This document shows positions 61,701 through 64,000 of a stretch of 64,000 bases of DNA, one piece after another. Source of the DNA: Amphiscolops sp. MND2022 (lineage: Eukaryota). Location of the stretch: positions 22,756,001 through 22,820,000 of the forward strand of contig OZ076409.1 of NCBI GenBank assembly GCA_964187785.1, given 5' to 3'. The notes beneath the pieces are model-generated. The model was not told the DNA's origin and did no database searches. It saw nothing but the letters and a program-made list of their open reading frames with translations. The translations under genes and the position numbers were made by a program. How positions within the stretch are numbered: position 1 is the first letter of the stretch; every line of letters starts with the position of its first letter.

Positions 61701-63826
61701 TCACTAGGTAAATAATCGCATAAAGTTTTCGGGCTCTCAAAGTTTCAAGCTTTGCCAGCAAACAAACGTTTCACAACTTTGAACGCTGCTATCAATCATT
61801 CAACCAAGCATCTATTCGTAGAAGCGAAAGGCTTTTCACACATTGAAAGTGAGGACAAAAAGCTTGGTCAAGAAGTTTAAACCTTTTCCGATGGTTAAAC
61901 TCAGTTCAACCAAAAGCTTAATTCTAGATAATTGGCATAAAAGCTTAATTTTTATTGTCTTGTTTACAAATATAATAGGTGTTTGGATAAATTTTTGTAC
62001 GTTCCGTTTTTTTGGTAGGTGACCATTGGTAGGGACTATTTTACAAGTTATTTTTTGCTTACGTTCACAAACAAACATTTGGAAGCAAAACTTAAAAATG
62101 CGTCTCGAAACGAACTGTGAGTCTGAATTTAGCTGAATTTACTCATGTTTGGTCTACAACGTGGCCTAAAAAATTTTGGAGGTCATCCAGTAGTGGTGAA
62201 CGAGTTTAACGAAACTTTCAACACTAGCCCATAAATATAAGTGACACTGTTTTAGCCGAAGCTTGTTTTTCCAAATAAAAAAAAACATTAAATCAAATAT
62301 CTGGCGAATAGTCTTAGAGAGAAAACGTCAAACTTGCCAATGAAGTTCATTGATGCGCTTAGTTTCTTAATTTGATGAAATCTCGAAACGATGAAAGAAT
62401 AGATTTCGACAATTTTCGACTATTTTGGTAACGTCTAAAGAAACAGTACATTGATAAATCCTCGCAAATTTGATTACAGTGAACGTTTTTCGGAAGGTTT
62501 TGAAACTCTTTTTGTTGCTCATCAATAATTCAGGACAATTTCAGAGTTTTGGCAGTTACTTTGAACTTAAATCATAAAGTCGCTAAAGCTTAGTTTTCAA
62601 ACAACAGGTAGGTTTTTCATTGACATCTCAATTCATACTCAGTATTGAGATGCAGTTCGATGATGTATTGTTCACTCTTGTTTAGTTCTTATGAGCGAAA
62701 ATTTATCGCAGCCGGTTTACTGCTGGAGGTCGATTGGTATACTAACCTGCTTTCTACAACTATTTTCGTTGGTAAAGGACTTCTCAAAAATGCTCGTTTT
62801 TCAAAATCGGGATTTTTAAAAGGTTGCAGAAGTGTAGCTCTCTGTCCTTGCGACTCGCCAATTTTTTTGAAACGCTTCCAGATAGCTAATAACAGCTTCA
62901 TAAGGTTGTGGTTGACGTTAGTAAAGGAATTTAACTATGGCAGCTCAAACGATACGCGCTGAACTCTAGTTGAAGTGTCGTCCATTATCTTTTTCATGAA
63001 TCGGAAGAAGCTATTAATATGATTTAGTAGGCACCATGTCAACACAGCCTCAATTGTTAAAATACTATACTCAGGTTTTGAAAAACTAATACGGATTGGA
63101 TACCTTTCTAATTAAAGTGGATATATTGATTAAAAAGTAATCACAAACAAGTTTTTATGCTATAAAATAAAAAATTCATGAGTAGGAGGATCAAAGGAAA
63201 TTACTGAAAGATTCATCGAAAATTTGAAAATTCTCACGGTTGAAATAAATCACCACATTACTCATAGAACTAACAAAATAAGAGGCTCCTGAAATGTTTA
63301 AATATAGATAACTATCAACTCAGCGATCCAGAAAAAGGTAATTCCTCTGTTACAAGTGGCAATAGGTATGTAGTTTAAGTGTACTACGAACTTATGTGGA
63401 CTCAAGGTGAACTCTGAAGATACAAACGCCTCGGTTGAATAAATATATAGATCGTGCGTTAATTCGAAAGACCCTGGCTACCTGGAAACCAACGAGACGA
63501 CTCTCTAGAGCGTGGGCATGGCCCCTAGCACGATCGTTTGTAATTATAGACTTTTTTCGAACACAAAGTCATTCTGCAGGAAACAGGTTTAGATCAAGTT
63601 TTGTTTTTCCAAATCTGTAAACCTGTCTGATTGATCTCTCTTCTGAGAAAATATAATCTCGAGTTGAAAAAAAATCATAAATTCACTTTCGATATGAAAT
63701 AGTTTATTAGGAAGTTCGAAAGTTCTTCAGCGTCTCAGATATCGATTAAAAATTGATAAACGAGTTTGTAAAGTTGAGATTGCCTTCTGTTCAAATGTCA
63801 TCCTAATTAATTTTCGTGATGTTTTT

Positions 63827-64000
63827 TATTTATAGTCCTTGGCTGCAACATTACGAGTTTGATTTTTTAAATTTAAAAACACACTTGTGATAAGGAAGTG
63901 ATTGTTTCAATCATGATTGAAACAATCACTTCCTTATCACAAGTGTGTTTTTAAATTTAAAAAATCAAACTCGTAATGTTGCAGCCAAGGACTATAAATA
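63827..64000. repeat. Perfect palindrome of at least 174 bp running off the window end
   Basis: Centre 63913/63914; no mismatch seen up to 64000. Confidence 0.95.

Overview
AT-rich, repeat-dense animal genomic DNA (an invertebrate is likely; the species cannot be determined from the sequence). The only clear host gene is a minus-strand rhodopsin-class GPCR. I reconstruct six coding exons between 46098 and 7938; the start exon was not found. Two of its introns appear to be GC-AG, and one intron is about 33 kb (45202-12133) and packed with transposons. The most striking object sits in that intron: a very young 9,990-bp Ty3/Gypsy-type LTR element (22552-32541) with 2,179-bp near-identical LTRs and a GCCAT target-site duplication. 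Its gag starts inside the LTR and has a -1 frameshift heptamer into an internally deleted pol. In the position where env would lie it carries an intronless host eIF2A beta-propeller ORF joined by microhomology to a fragment of eEF2, i.e. two captured translation-factor cDNAs. The same intron holds an intact single-ORF Gypsy element (37579-43517) flanked by a 434-bp direct duplication instead of a normal short TSD, and a decayed Gypsy relative. Elsewhere there are LINE relics, a tRNA-derived SINE head, several MITEs, a 1.13-kb tandem duplication with a templated junction, and several loop-less palindromes of 30-182 bp. All calls are by eye; no database searches were run.
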